Shown here: positions 44,373 through 52,731 of the stretch, piece after piece | Position numbering within the stretch: position 1 is the first letter of the stretch | Layout of the letters: each line of letters begins with the position of its first letter | Source of the DNA: a virus | DNA length: 64,000 nucleotides | Reading direction: 5' to 3' (one strand) | IMG/VR virus record: IMGVR_UViG_3300045988_087149 | Span: 32,001-96,000 of that record | Made by a program: the position numbers and the translations under genes | The notes under the pieces: model-generated | The model's input: only the letters and a program-made list of their open reading frames with translations | Database searches by the model: none | What the model was told of the DNA's origin: nothing

Positions 44373-44680
44373 CCTTGTCTCACCACCATCAATGTTCCGC
44401 GCAAAATTCCATCATCTCCATATTCATATTTTATATAATCACCCATTGCAAGATGTCTAAATATTTGTTGTTCTACATCTGTTTTAGCCATTGGTTGACT
44501 ATTTGTATAATCATAAGCTATATATTTGTATCGATTCATGTCAACACATTCTTCGATTTTTTCAATAGGTTTTTGTGTCTGAATGATAGTTTGAGTATAT
44601 TTAGCACAATTACTACATGGCGCAACATAACCGCCCAATTTTCTAATCAACCAATGTTTGAATTTAGTCCACATTATCAT
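44369..44680 (-). CDS. hypothetical protein (103 aa)
   Basis: Track ORF with 4-nt overlaps at both ends. Confidence 0.55.
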   Translation of the reverse strand: MIMWTKFKHWLIRKLGGYVAPCSNCAKYTQTIIQTQKPIEKIEECVDMNRYKYIAYDYTNSQPMAKTDVEQQIFRHLAMGDYIKYEYGDDGILRGTLMVVRQG

Positions 44681-44880
44681 TTATCAACACCCCTGTTCCA
44701 TGCCTCGACCGCTTCAAGGTATGCGTTCATATTCCATGCCGTTTTCAGTGCAACGGATGTCCCGCATTTCCTACACTTTACTTTAAGAACCATAATATTC
44801 TTCCCGAAATTACACGATCCGCCTGTTTCTTCGACTTCTCCTCCGCAGAATGGGTACGGTTTTAATTCAACCATTGCCAT
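44677..44880 (-). CDS. lar: Lar-family restriction-alleviation protein
   Basis: 67 aa. KPYPFCGG...CRKCG...EAVEAWNR is the Lar-family pattern. Confidence 0.7.
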   Translation of the reverse strand: MAMVELKPYPFCGGEVEETGGSCNFGKNIMVLKVKCRKCGTSVALKTAWNMNAYLEAVEAWNRGVDK

Positions 44881-45160
44881 CCCTCCTATTCCATGCCTCT
44901 ATTACATCGATTTTTCTAAAATAGAACTGTGTCTCTACGTTACAATTTGAGCATTTAGCATGATACGTTTCGCCACTATCCCAAAATGAATCTTTTATTC
45001 TAATAATGTCAATCGATTTACAGCCGCAGAATGGACATGACTTCAGCTTAGTTATTCTTCTTGTCCTCCTTGGTCGGCTTAAGCCATTCTTTGATTTGCA
45101 TCGCGCAGGAGCAGCAAAGCTCAATATCAGGGGATTCCTCATGGAACGCGCTTCGTACAT
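44867..45160 (-). CDS. lar: second Lar-family paralog (start uncertain)
   Basis: LKSCPFCG...CSNCN...VIEAWNRR. The track N-terminus overlaps ORF 45048-45263 by 113 nt. The only SD (AAGGAGG) sits 9 nt before an ATA codon at 45055. Confidence 0.6.
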   Translation of the reverse strand: MYEARSMRNPLILSFAAPARCKSKNGLSRPRRTRRITKLKSCPFCGCKSIDIIRIKDSFWDSGETYHAKCSNCNVETQFYFRKIDVIEAWNRRDGNG

Positions 45161-45263
45161 TTACATACGTCGCAGAACTTGTGGGGTTTATCTCCGCCCC
45201 GCAGCGATCACATACTCGTTTTGTTGCCATCCTACTTTCCTCCATTTCAATCTTCTTTTTCAA
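45048..45263 (-). CDS. zinc-ribbon protein (71 aa)
   Basis: CDRCGAE...CCSCAMQ. Confidence 0.55.
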   Translation of the reverse strand: MKKKIEMEESRMATKRVCDRCGAEINPTSSATYVNVRSAFHEESPDIELCCSCAMQIKEWLKPTKEDKKNN

Positions 45264-45429
45264 GTTTGTTTATGTAATTTTCAATAATTTTATTAGATTG
45301 ATTTATCATATTAACTAATCCACCAAGCCCAACAACGATGTTCCATTCGTCTGTACCAATTTGGTAATAGTCACATCCAGCACATTCGATTGGCTTGATT
45401 TCTATATAATCTTGAGTGATATATCTCAT
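45247..45429 (-). CDS. hypothetical protein (60 aa)
   Basis: Track ORF; its start abuts the deaminase stop. Confidence 0.45.
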   Translation of the reverse strand: MRYITQDYIEIKPIECAGCDYYQIGTDEWNIVVGLGGLVNMINQSNKIIENYINKLEKED

Positions 45430-45879
45430 TTAATCAATCCTTTCTTCAGCAATTCCATCAGCCGTACTATAGCAGATATGCTTAATTCCCAATTCTTTTA
45501 TATATTTCATACAAGCAGGACATGGGCGCGCCATTGCTTTGTTCCCATTTGCATATTCACGATATACATATAGTGTCGATTTGCTAAAATCAATGTCCAG
45601 ATATTTTACTTTGTTCAATGCCCTGATTTCAGCATGAAGCGAATTTACCACGCCACTCTGATTGGGGTCAAATTCACGCTCTGCATTAAGCCGCTTCTGC
45701 AACGGGCTTGTTTTAGTGCTATTGCATCCTGTAGCAAGTAATACACCCTTATAATACAGAGCTGCGCCAAGATGGTATCTGGGAAATTCAGATTCTTTGC
45801 TTGCTCTACAAGCTGATTCAATGCCGCGCTTAGTTCTCTGATTCATTTGATTCTTTATGTTCTTCATCAAGCCAATCAA
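45430..45879 (-). CDS. dCMP/cytidine deaminase-family zinc enzyme
   Basis: HAEIRAL plus PCPACMKYI, the CDA-fold zinc ligands. Confidence 0.85.
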   Translation of the reverse strand: MIGLMKNIKNQMNQRTKRGIESACRASKESEFPRYHLGAALYYKGVLLATGCNSTKTSPLQKRLNAEREFDPNQSGVVNSLHAEIRALNKVKYLDIDFSKSTLYVYREYANGNKAMARPCPACMKYIKELGIKHICYSTADGIAEERID

Positions 45880-45997
45880 TCCAGCATTCCGTACATGATT
45901 TGAGAATGTTGGGGCAATGATGATGAGGACATGGCTTTGACATATTTGTAATAATTTGTTCTCTAGGCTGGTTCATCAACCATTCACGATTAGTCAT
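45830..45997 (-). CDS. 55-aa Cys/His-rich protein (below track cutoff)
   Basis: ATG at 45997 (MTNREWLMNQPREQ...CPHHHCP...CTECWIDWL). Overlaps the annotated deaminase N-terminus. Confidence 0.4.
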   Translation of the reverse strand: MTNREWLMNQPREQIITNMSKPCPHHHCPNILKSCTECWIDWLDEEHKESNESEN

Positions 45998-45998
45998 T

Positions 45999-46181
45999 CT
46001 ACACCTCGCCTTTAATTAAGTATTTGTGACATTTACAGATAATATCAATAGCTCTTTCGGCTGGAAAGAAATTAGCAAATCTCTCGTCAAAAATACCGTA
46101 TTTCACAAAATCTGCTTTATCATCTACTTCAGCTTGCTTAAACATCTCTACCGCATCATTAAGTCTGATATAAACAGCCAT
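45999..46181 (-). CDS. hypothetical protein (60 aa)
   Basis: Track ORF. Ends in TAG, followed two codons later by TAA. Confidence 0.45.
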   Translation of the reverse strand: MAVYIRLNDAVEMFKQAEVDDKADFVKYGIFDERFANFFPAERAIDIICKCHKYLIKGEV

Positions 46182-46723
46182 TATTCATCCACCTCATATC
46201 CCAATTCAATCAACGTCATAATAGCATAATTAGCCATATCAAGCAACGTGTCCTCAATCTTTTCGTCTTTGACTTGAGCATCATATGATACAGCAAGTGA
46301 CATGAGCCGATTCATCTTATCACTAAGACGGGTCACAGCGCTGATAATGCCGAGCTTTTTGTATGTATCGCCAAACGAATCACCATAATCATGATTCTTT
46401 GCTTTATACACCTGATTGAGCTTCTGACAGATTGCGTAATGCTGCGCTACCTTGGGTTCGATATTCGACTTGAAATCATCGGGTTCTTTGTTGCAACATT
46501 CAGCTTCAGCATTTTCACAAGCTGCTGAGTCTAGTTCTTTATACCAGTTATAACACTTATTGAGCATATCATCGCTCATTCCATCAAATGCGCATCCACG
46601 CTCATTTGTAAAAAGATTTACTTCTTCGTCGTACAAATTTTTTAATTCACAATTATCACATTTTTCATATATGCCACAATACCATTCAAGTGTATTAACT
46701 TTTTCTGCTCTTGTCATACTCAT
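46181..46723 (-). CDS. DUF1599-type protein with Cys-rich N-terminal extension
   Basis: The KNHDYGDSFGDTYKKLGI...RLSDKMNRL pattern resembles DUF1599 (from memory). Confidence 0.55.
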   Translation of the reverse strand: MSMTRAEKVNTLEWYCGIYEKCDNCELKNLYDEEVNLFTNERGCAFDGMSDDMLNKCYNWYKELDSAACENAEAECCNKEPDDFKSNIEPKVAQHYAICQKLNQVYKAKNHDYGDSFGDTYKKLGIISAVTRLSDKMNRLMSLAVSYDAQVKDEKIEDTLLDMANYAIMTLIELGYEVDE

Positions 46724-46741
46724 TTATCCTCCGTAAATTAT

Positions 46742-46957
46742 TCAGTCATTCAACATGACATTTTCAATATTTTCATACATTGTCCAATCTTCATCGAGTT
46801 TGGCTTTAACTGACTCAAATGGGCGATATTCAATGCCGTCTTTTTCTTCATACCGCCAGTCACAATCTAGGCAAGCCCATACATCAATAGGCGGCAATGT
46901 GCAAATACAAGTATGGTAAATATCGCCACCACATTTAGGACAAGTATAGATAATCAT
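46742..46957 (-). CDS. zinc-ribbon protein (71 aa)
   Basis: CPKCGG...CLDCD. Confidence 0.5.
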   Translation of the reverse strand: MIIYTCPKCGGDIYHTCICTLPPIDVWACLDCDWRYEEKDGIEYRPFESVKAKLDEDWTMYENIENVMLND

Positions 46958-46961
46958 TTAT

Positions 46962-47258
46962 TCATCCTCCATTTCTTTTTTTTGTCATTCTGACAATATT
47001 TGCGGCTTCTTCTTTTGTCAGGTTATCGTCAAAAGCACAACCCACATTTGAGATAACTAAATCGATGCCATATCCTCCATCCAACGGGTCGACATAAATA
47101 TTATCCGCATAATACCTTAGAAATTCTTCAAATGTATCAAATGAACCAATTTCATAATCACTATCGCCACATTGCTCACAATATAATTCATCAAATGGAA
47201 TATAATCATCTGATGTATAAAGCCCTCCAAGATGATTTTCATACACATACACACTCAT
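46962..47258 (-). CDS. hypothetical protein (98 aa)
   Basis: Track ORF; its start abuts the upstream stop. Confidence 0.55.
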   Translation of the reverse strand: MSVYVYENHLGGLYTSDDYIPFDELYCEQCGDSDYEIGSFDTFEEFLRYYADNIYVDPLDGGYGIDLVISNVGCAFDDNLTKEEAANIVRMTKKRNGG

Positions 47259-48419
47259 TTATTCATTCTCCTCATTTTCATCACAATCTTCATCTACAAA
47301 ATGGACATCTACGTTAAAAAATTCTTTTAGTACATCAATAGCCTCTTTTGGCTCGATGCGGAAAAATTCTCTATCAGGGTTGACCCGCTCTTTGTCAAAA
47401 TATTTATGGATATTATTTTCTAGCTCAAAACAGTCATCGCTAAATACGAAGCAATGAGCGTGGTACGGTTCTGGCAAGCTGCTTGAGCTAAGTTCGCGCA
47501 CTCTCAATGCAGGATTCAATCTTCTAGTACAACCGAGCTTCACCAATCCGGGTAGACTAGGTGAACTAATGACATATAGCCAACCAGCCTTACTATGCGA
47601 CTCACGATAAGCAATAGAATCAAGCCGCTTATCAATACTAGCTAATTGAGATTTAATCCTATTGCGCTCATCATCTGTTAACGCCTTATCAAACGCAATA
47701 TTCATTGCTTTCTTTTCTTCTAGCAACTTGGCGCGTTCTCTAGCAATATCAGCAAGCAACTGTTCTTGCTCTCTCAATCTGCGCTTTTCTTCACGGATTC
47801 GCGCTTTTTCTTCTTTCTGCTTGACTTTGATAGCCAAGTTAATATCGAGCATATCAAGCCGCGCCTTTACATATTCAGCATTAAGCGCCAATCCGACCTT
47901 ATTTGCTTTAGACTGATAAGAATTAAATTTATTCTTAATCAATTCTTTGCTCTTAGCAATATTGCCTGTTGTTACAGATTTTTCTTTGCTGTCAATATAT
48001 CCTGACATAGCATAGCACAATCCGCGCCCATATACATCCTGCATTTCTTTTCCACGTCTGTCTGAGCCGTTTAGCGTATATCCTTGCTCAATGCGATACA
48101 AGCCAGTGTTCGCAGCAGATTCAATTTTGCTTTGCAGCTCATAACGCTTATGCTCAAGTTCATCTAGCGAATCCTGATAATATGGAATATTATAATCCTG
48201 CATTTCTTCAATGGCATGGATTTTACCATTTAGAGCATCAAGAACGGATTGAGCCGTTTTTGCAGATCGCATGGTGTTTTCATATTGATGCGCAGCAATT
48301 TGACGATGTTCATCATAGTTATCAATTTCTGCTTGCATACTAGAAATATCTGCTTTGAGTTGAGCAATCTGCTCTTCAAGCTCTTTCTTCTTCTTGTTCA
48401 GCTTGAAAGTCTCGAACAT
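47259..48419 (-). CDS. DUF4041 coiled-coil + T5orf172 (GIY-YIG-like) domain protein
   Basis: C-terminal GWLYVISSPSLPGLVKLGCTRR...RVRELS...FRIEPKEAI resembles T5orf172. Start moved to ATG 48419, with AAGGAGG 9 nt upstream. Confidence 0.65.
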   Translation of the reverse strand: MFETFKLNKKKKELEEQIAQLKADISSMQAEIDNYDEHRQIAAHQYENTMRSAKTAQSVLDALNGKIHAIEEMQDYNIPYYQDSLDELEHKRYELQSKIESAANTGLYRIEQGYTLNGSDRRGKEMQDVYGRGLCYAMSGYIDSKEKSVTTGNIAKSKELIKNKFNSYQSKANKVGLALNAEYVKARLDMLDINLAIKVKQKEEKARIREEKRRLREQEQLLADIARERAKLLEEKKAMNIAFDKALTDDERNRIKSQLASIDKRLDSIAYRESHSKAGWLYVISSPSLPGLVKLGCTRRLNPALRVRELSSSSLPEPYHAHCFVFSDDCFELENNIHKYFDKERVNPDREFFRIEPKEAIDVLKEFFNVDVHFVDEDCDENEENE

Positions 48420-48606
48420 GCTTAGCCGCCTCCTTGCCAAAAATCTTGTCTATATGCTTATCAAAATCCAACGGATTATTGCTTTTTGCTAAAATCTGCT
48501 TAGTGCTGGTATTATATAGCTCGAATTGACCATTGCCGCAATTATTGATAATCCAGCCAGTATCGCCATATTGGACTATGGCGTTAATTTTCTTTGTTCT
48601 TGGCAT
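48376..48606 (-). CDS. hypothetical protein (76 aa), first gene of the accessory operon
   Basis: AAGGTGA upstream; short leader from promoter 48627-48655. Confidence 0.5.
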   Translation of the reverse strand: MPRTKKINAIVQYGDTGWIINNCGNGQFELYNTSTKQILAKSNNPLDFDKHIDKIFGKEAAKHVRDFQAEQEEERA

Positions 48607-48626
48607 TTATTTCACCTTATACTATG

Positions 48627-48655
48627 ATTATATCACATCAATTTGCACTTGTCAA
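48627..48655 (-). promoter_or_regulatory. sigma-A-type promoter (leftward)
   Basis: cTTGACAAG (48655-48650), 17 bp, TATAAT (48632-48627). Confidence 0.7.
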
Positions 48656-48686
48656 GTATAATTTTTGACAAATTGATTTTTCACAT

Positions 48687-48734
48687 CAATTTAACTATTA
48701 TCTACGAATTTATGAGTAGATAATAGTTAAATTG
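48687..48734. repeat. perfect 19-bp inverted repeat (operator or bidirectional hairpin)
   Basis: CAATTTAACTATTATCTAC (48687-48705) and its exact reverse complement (48716-48734), with a 10-nt spacer. Confidence 0.7.
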
Positions 48735-48830
48735 TAATTATATATTATTATATATACTAATAGATATTATAGCATATAGATATTACAGTATTATGAACTA
48801 TATGTTAATAAATTATGAATAAATTAGCTA

Positions 48831-48859
48831 TTGACAAATACTGTAATATATGGTATAAT
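48831..48859 (+). promoter_or_regulatory. sigma-A-type promoter (rightward)
   Basis: TTGACA (48831-48836), 17 bp, TATAAT (48854-48859). Confidence 0.65.
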
Positions 48860-48879
48860 ATATTTATAATATATAAGAA

Positions 48880-48908
48880 ATTATACCATATCAATCAATT
48901 TTTGTCAA
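48880..48908 (-). promoter_or_regulatory. sigma-A-type promoter (leftward), face-to-face with 48831-48859
   Basis: cTTGACAAAA (48908-48903), 17 bp, TATAAT (48885-48880). Confidence 0.65.
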
Positions 48909-48923
48909 GTAGAAATTTTAGCA

Positions 48924-48952
48924 TTGACAAATAATCAATTATATGATATAAT
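48924..48952 (+). promoter_or_regulatory. sigma-A-type promoter (rightward) for the phage RNAP operon
   Basis: TTGACAAAT (48924-48929), 17 bp, TATAAT (48947-48952). Confidence 0.7.
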
Positions 48953-48981
48953 AGCATTAAGCTCAAGGAGGTGGTAAGAAA

Positions 48982-49125
48982 TTGTGGAGCGAAATGAGCT
49001 ATAACTGGTATGTATCGAAAGATACGGAGCCAGAAGTATGGGATGATGAATATGAGCCAACTGAGCGTGATTGGGCGCTTTGGATATATGGTAGTTCAGA
49101 GAATGAATTAGAGGTGATTTTTTGA
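48982..49125 (+). CDS. small acidic protein (43-47 aa), coupled to the RNAP gene
   Basis: GGAGGTG upstream of TTG 48982 and ATG 48994. The stop TGA overlaps the TTG start at 49122 (TTGA). Confidence 0.4.
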   Translation: MWSEMSYNWYVSKDTEPEVWDDEYEPTERDWALWIYGSSENELEVIF

Positions 49126-50723
49126 GCCTACAGACGCAAATTTATTTGCATTCAGTGGACACGTCATGTTTTTATGACGACAACGAAATGGCACTACATA
49201 GACGGCTTGTTCGGTTATATTCGTTGCGCAAGCGATGGAAGGATGATGGTAAACCAGATTGGCACATCAAGTCTGTAAATCGTTTGCTTAAAAAAGAAAA
49301 GGCGCGACTATCTGAATTGCTTGATAATGCTGTGAGTCGAAATGTAACTAGAGAATTGCGTCAAGATGCTGTGACCGATAAGACGGTTGTTAATTTATTT
49401 GAATCTGATCTAACGCGAAGCTTAGGGCTTGAGCCATTCAAGTTGACCGATGAACTATTCATCATTAACGTGTTTTTCTTTCAAGTATTTAACAATCTAG
49501 TTCATCAAGGATTTATCTACAATGGTGAAAAATATTTGTTCCTTACAGCATCAGCAGGACAGATAAGGACGAAACGAGCAGTATTCGTTAAAGAATCGTC
49601 GTTTAAGCGCATTGAGCAAAAATTGATGTGCGGCTTGACCATAGACGAAATCAATGAGCGGGGAGGCATGAATCAGAATAAATTCCTTGCTTATTTGGCG
49701 CTTATGAACTCTGCTACAGATGTTTGGCAAGATTTTGACATTGACAAATCAGTTGTAGTAGATGATTGGGAAACAGCTGTTCCGGGATTGGTTGACCACA
49801 TTGATGGCGTATCGTATGAGATTCGGCGCGAAATGACAGAGACAATGATTCCTCATATGGACGGATGCGGCATCATGCTTAATGAAACAACAAGAATGGT
49901 GCGTATGCCATGGGTAAAGGGATTACTTGTTACATTTCCATTTGACAAGTTTATCAAAGAGAAATGCGGAGGTGAAGCGACTGTAATAGATATTTATGGC
50001 TATGAGCATAAAATCATAGAGGAAGATATACGGTATATATTTACAAAGAGCCAATTCAAGCTATGGAAATTTTATGATTCGTGGGATTGCTATAAGGCGC
50101 GATTCAAAAATTTTGGATGTAATGCCTGTTATTGCAATATAGAAGAGCCTTATATTCCAAAGAGCCGCATCAACTATCAGATGCTTCAAACATTGAGCGA
50201 TATGACTGATAATGAGATCGACCGCATCGTTTCTAAGACTGCACAAGAGATTGATGATGTTGGCAAAGATTATCAAGTTACTATGCGGCTACTTGGCGCA
50301 ACAGAGAACAACCGTTATAAGTCGGCCATGCAAGAGGCGTTGTTGATATATCCTGAGTTGTTTAAGGATTCATATAATCGAGAAATTCTGAAGCAGACTA
50401 AAAAGAGTTTAGTAAAGCAAGCTAAGGGCGGGCGGCTTAGAGTAAATGGTAAATACCTTTTTTTAGCGCCTGACCTATATGCGTTTTGTGAATGGTTGTT
50501 CCTAGGCGAACAAAACCCGCAAGGATTGCTTGCAGATGGTGATGTATATACAAACCAATATCGAGATGAAGAAACGTTGGCTTGTTTGCGTTCGCCGCAT
50601 CTATATCGAGAATGGGCAATCAGGACAAATCGACGCAGCTTAGAGCTTGATTATTGGTTTGGTGGAACTAAGTGTATATATACTAGCTGTCATGATTTAA
50701 TCAGTAGATACTTAATGTTCGAT
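49122..50723 (+). CDS. YonO-like single-subunit (two-barrel) RNA polymerase, exon 1
   Basis: 534 codons from a TTG start (GAGGTGA upstream), ending ...SRYLMFD. Joins exon 2 to give MFD-CDGDKALVV, a beta-prime-like DxDGD motif. Total length is about 857 aa. Confidence 0.6.
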
Positions 50724-51690
50724 TAGTTAGTCGCAGTCGAACCCTATGGAAACATAGGGATATAAAACGGTGTGAAGGCGTAAATGCGCCATGTCAGAAA
50801 TGGCAACGGGGAAAGTGAGTGCAACCCCGTAGGAAATAGAATGAATGAATTATTAAACTATAAGGAGGTGGAAAAATGTATAAAGAAGGAATTTATTGCC
50901 GTTGTGCATATCGAGTAAATGAAAATGGAGATTGTTATACACAAAATGGCAAATTTGAGTGGGTACATAGAGAGTGGCGATATAACAGTGATGGGTATGC
51001 TGTTGTATCAGCTTGTGGTCTAAAGCCAGACGGTACTAAGACATTCCGCTCACTTCATGTTCATGTATTAGTTGCGAGAGAATTTGTTGATGGATGGTTT
51101 GAAGGCGCAGAAGTAAATCATAAAGATTTTAACCGTGCTAATCCTGCTTGGTGGAATCTTGAGTGGTTAAGTCATAAAGATAATATTGCTTATTCGCATA
51201 ACGCTGGTAATTATAAAGGGCGGTTTGGTGAGGACAATCCAAACTATGGTAATGACACGCTACACAAGAGATACGTCGCCGAGCCTGAATTTGCCAAAGA
51301 AAAGCAGTCTCGGCCAAGAGGACAAAATGGACGTTCTGTGAAATGCTTATTATATTGTCATCAAAATATGTGTTTTGAGCATTGGTTTGATTGCCAGCGC
51401 GACGCAGTTGATTTTCTTATTGACTATAATGTCGTAAAATCAACTTGTAATAAAGAGAGTATAATTAGCAAGCTGAAACAAGAAGATGGATATAAGGGCT
51501 GGCATCTTATTCAAGATAAATAATTCATTCATTTAAAACCTCTATCGACTATCGAAAGGATATAAATCAACCGTGTGGGTTGATTTAGAATAACTGAGTA
51601 GAGTAGGAAATGGGTGAAATTCCCATCTCCGAAGCGCACCGAGCCTAAACGGGAAACCGCATGGTTATGATATAGTCAGTAACTCCTACG
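50724..51690 (+). mobile_element. group I intron with internal HNH endonuclease ORF
   Basis: P1 forms between exon GTTCGAT (50717-50723) and intron GTCGAAC (50736-50742), with a U-G pair at the splice site. A GAAA-capped hairpin lies at 50743-50758. The last intron nt is G (51690). Further perfect stems occur at 51570-51590 and 51610-51635. Confidence 0.7.
50876..51523 (+). CDS. HNH homing endonuclease (intron-encoded)
   Basis: 215 aa with AAGGAGGTG upstream. HNH core VHVLVAREF...EVNHKDFNRANPAWWNLEWLSHKDNI. Confidence 0.8.
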   Translation: MYKEGIYCRCAYRVNENGDCYTQNGKFEWVHREWRYNSDGYAVVSACGLKPDGTKTFRSLHVHVLVAREFVDGWFEGAEVNHKDFNRANPAWWNLEWLSHKDNIAYSHNAGNYKGRFGEDNPNYGNDTLHKRYVAEPEFAKEKQSRPRGQNGRSVKCLLYCHQNMCFEHWFDCQRDAVDFLIDYNVVKSTCNKESIISKLKQEDGYKGWHLIQDK

Positions 51691-52662
51691 TGCGACGGAG
51701 ATAAGGCGCTTGTAGTCAAAGACCGTACTTTGTCTACAGTTGCCAAACGCAATATGCAAGATATAGTTCCTTTAGCATACGATCTCAAAAAAGCTAAGGG
51801 CGGCTTGTTAAATCCAGACAGTATGTATAATGGAATGGTAAATGCTTATACTAAGGGAAATATCGGGCCGGTTAGTAATAATATTACAAAAATATGGAAT
51901 AGTGGTGAAATTACACAAGAAGAACTAGATGTAGTAAAATGGCTTTGTTTTGAGAATAACGCTGTTATAGATTGCGCTAAAACGCAATGGCTACCAGAAC
52001 GACCGAAACAAATTAATAACACAATCAAGAAATATACAAAAGCTCGTGTTCCCAATTTCTTTCAATATGCCAAAGACAAAGACCCAGATACCCAAGTAGA
52101 ACCGTCCAACAATTCCACGATGAATCGTATATCAGCCAAAATTCCTGCTTCCAGAATCCGCTATAATAGCAAGATTGGGAAATTCGACTGGACGATGCTG
52201 ATAAATAAATCAGTTGATTATACCACTAGAGAAAATTCACCAATCGTCGAACGGTATAATTGGTGGATGTGGAATCAGCGCCGATTTGATTATGGCGATG
52301 ACCCGCATATCAATGAGGACGATTTATATAAATATCGCTGCATTGCACAAGATATAGTGGAATATAGCAATAAGCCGCTAGATGTTGTTGTTAATAGCTT
52401 AGTTGCTTATTTATATACGGTCAAAAAATCAAGCAATAAGAAAATGCTGTGGGCTTGTTTTGGTTGGACGATTGTAGAGAATTTGAGAATCAATACGGCG
52501 CAACTTAATCCAATCTGCCTCATTTGCGGTAAGCGGTTTAAGCCGCGTGATGTATGCCAACATTATTGCTCTGAGGAATGCTACAAGAAAGCAGATAATC
52601 AGCGGCGCACTGAATCGCGCGAAGCTTCACCTGTCCGCACGGGGGATATGTTAAAACAGTAG
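51691..52662 (+). CDS. YonO-like RNA polymerase, exon 2
   Basis: The frame is open from 51676. CDGDKALVVKDRTLSTVAKRNMQDIV... The track TTG at 51730 has no SD. Ends in TAG 52660-52662. Confidence 0.6.
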   Translation, partial: CDGDKALVVKDRTLSTVAKRNMQDIVPLAYDLKKAKGGLLNPDSMYNGMVNAYTKGNIGPVSNNITKIWNSGEITQEELDVVKWLCFENNAVIDCAKTQWLPERPKQINNTIKKYTKARVPNFFQYAKDKDPDTQVEPSNNSTMNRISAKIPASRIRYNSKIGKFDWTMLINKSVDYTTRENSPIVERYNWWMWNQRRFDYGDDPHINEDDLYKYRCIAQDIVEYSNKPLDVVVNSLVAYLYTVKKSSNKKMLWACFGWTIVENLRINTAQLNPICLICGKRFKPRDVCQHYCSEECYKKADNQRRTESREASPVRTGDMLKQ

Positions 52663-52731
52663 GAAATATATGGACAAAATGAACCCACCACAATATATTG
52701 TGGTAGACTAATAGGGAAAGGAACGATATAA

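Noticed and set aside
44375-44950. 191-aa plus-strand ORF.
   Set aside because: It is antisense to three tightly coupled leftward genes, including a recognisable Lar homologue, and it has no SD.
50724-50765. The TAG at the end of RNAP exon 1 as a recoded or read-through codon.
   Set aside because: Reading through gives only 13 more codons before TAA. The group I intron explanation (P1 pairing with a U-G wobble, a terminal G, and restoration of DxDGD) fits much better.
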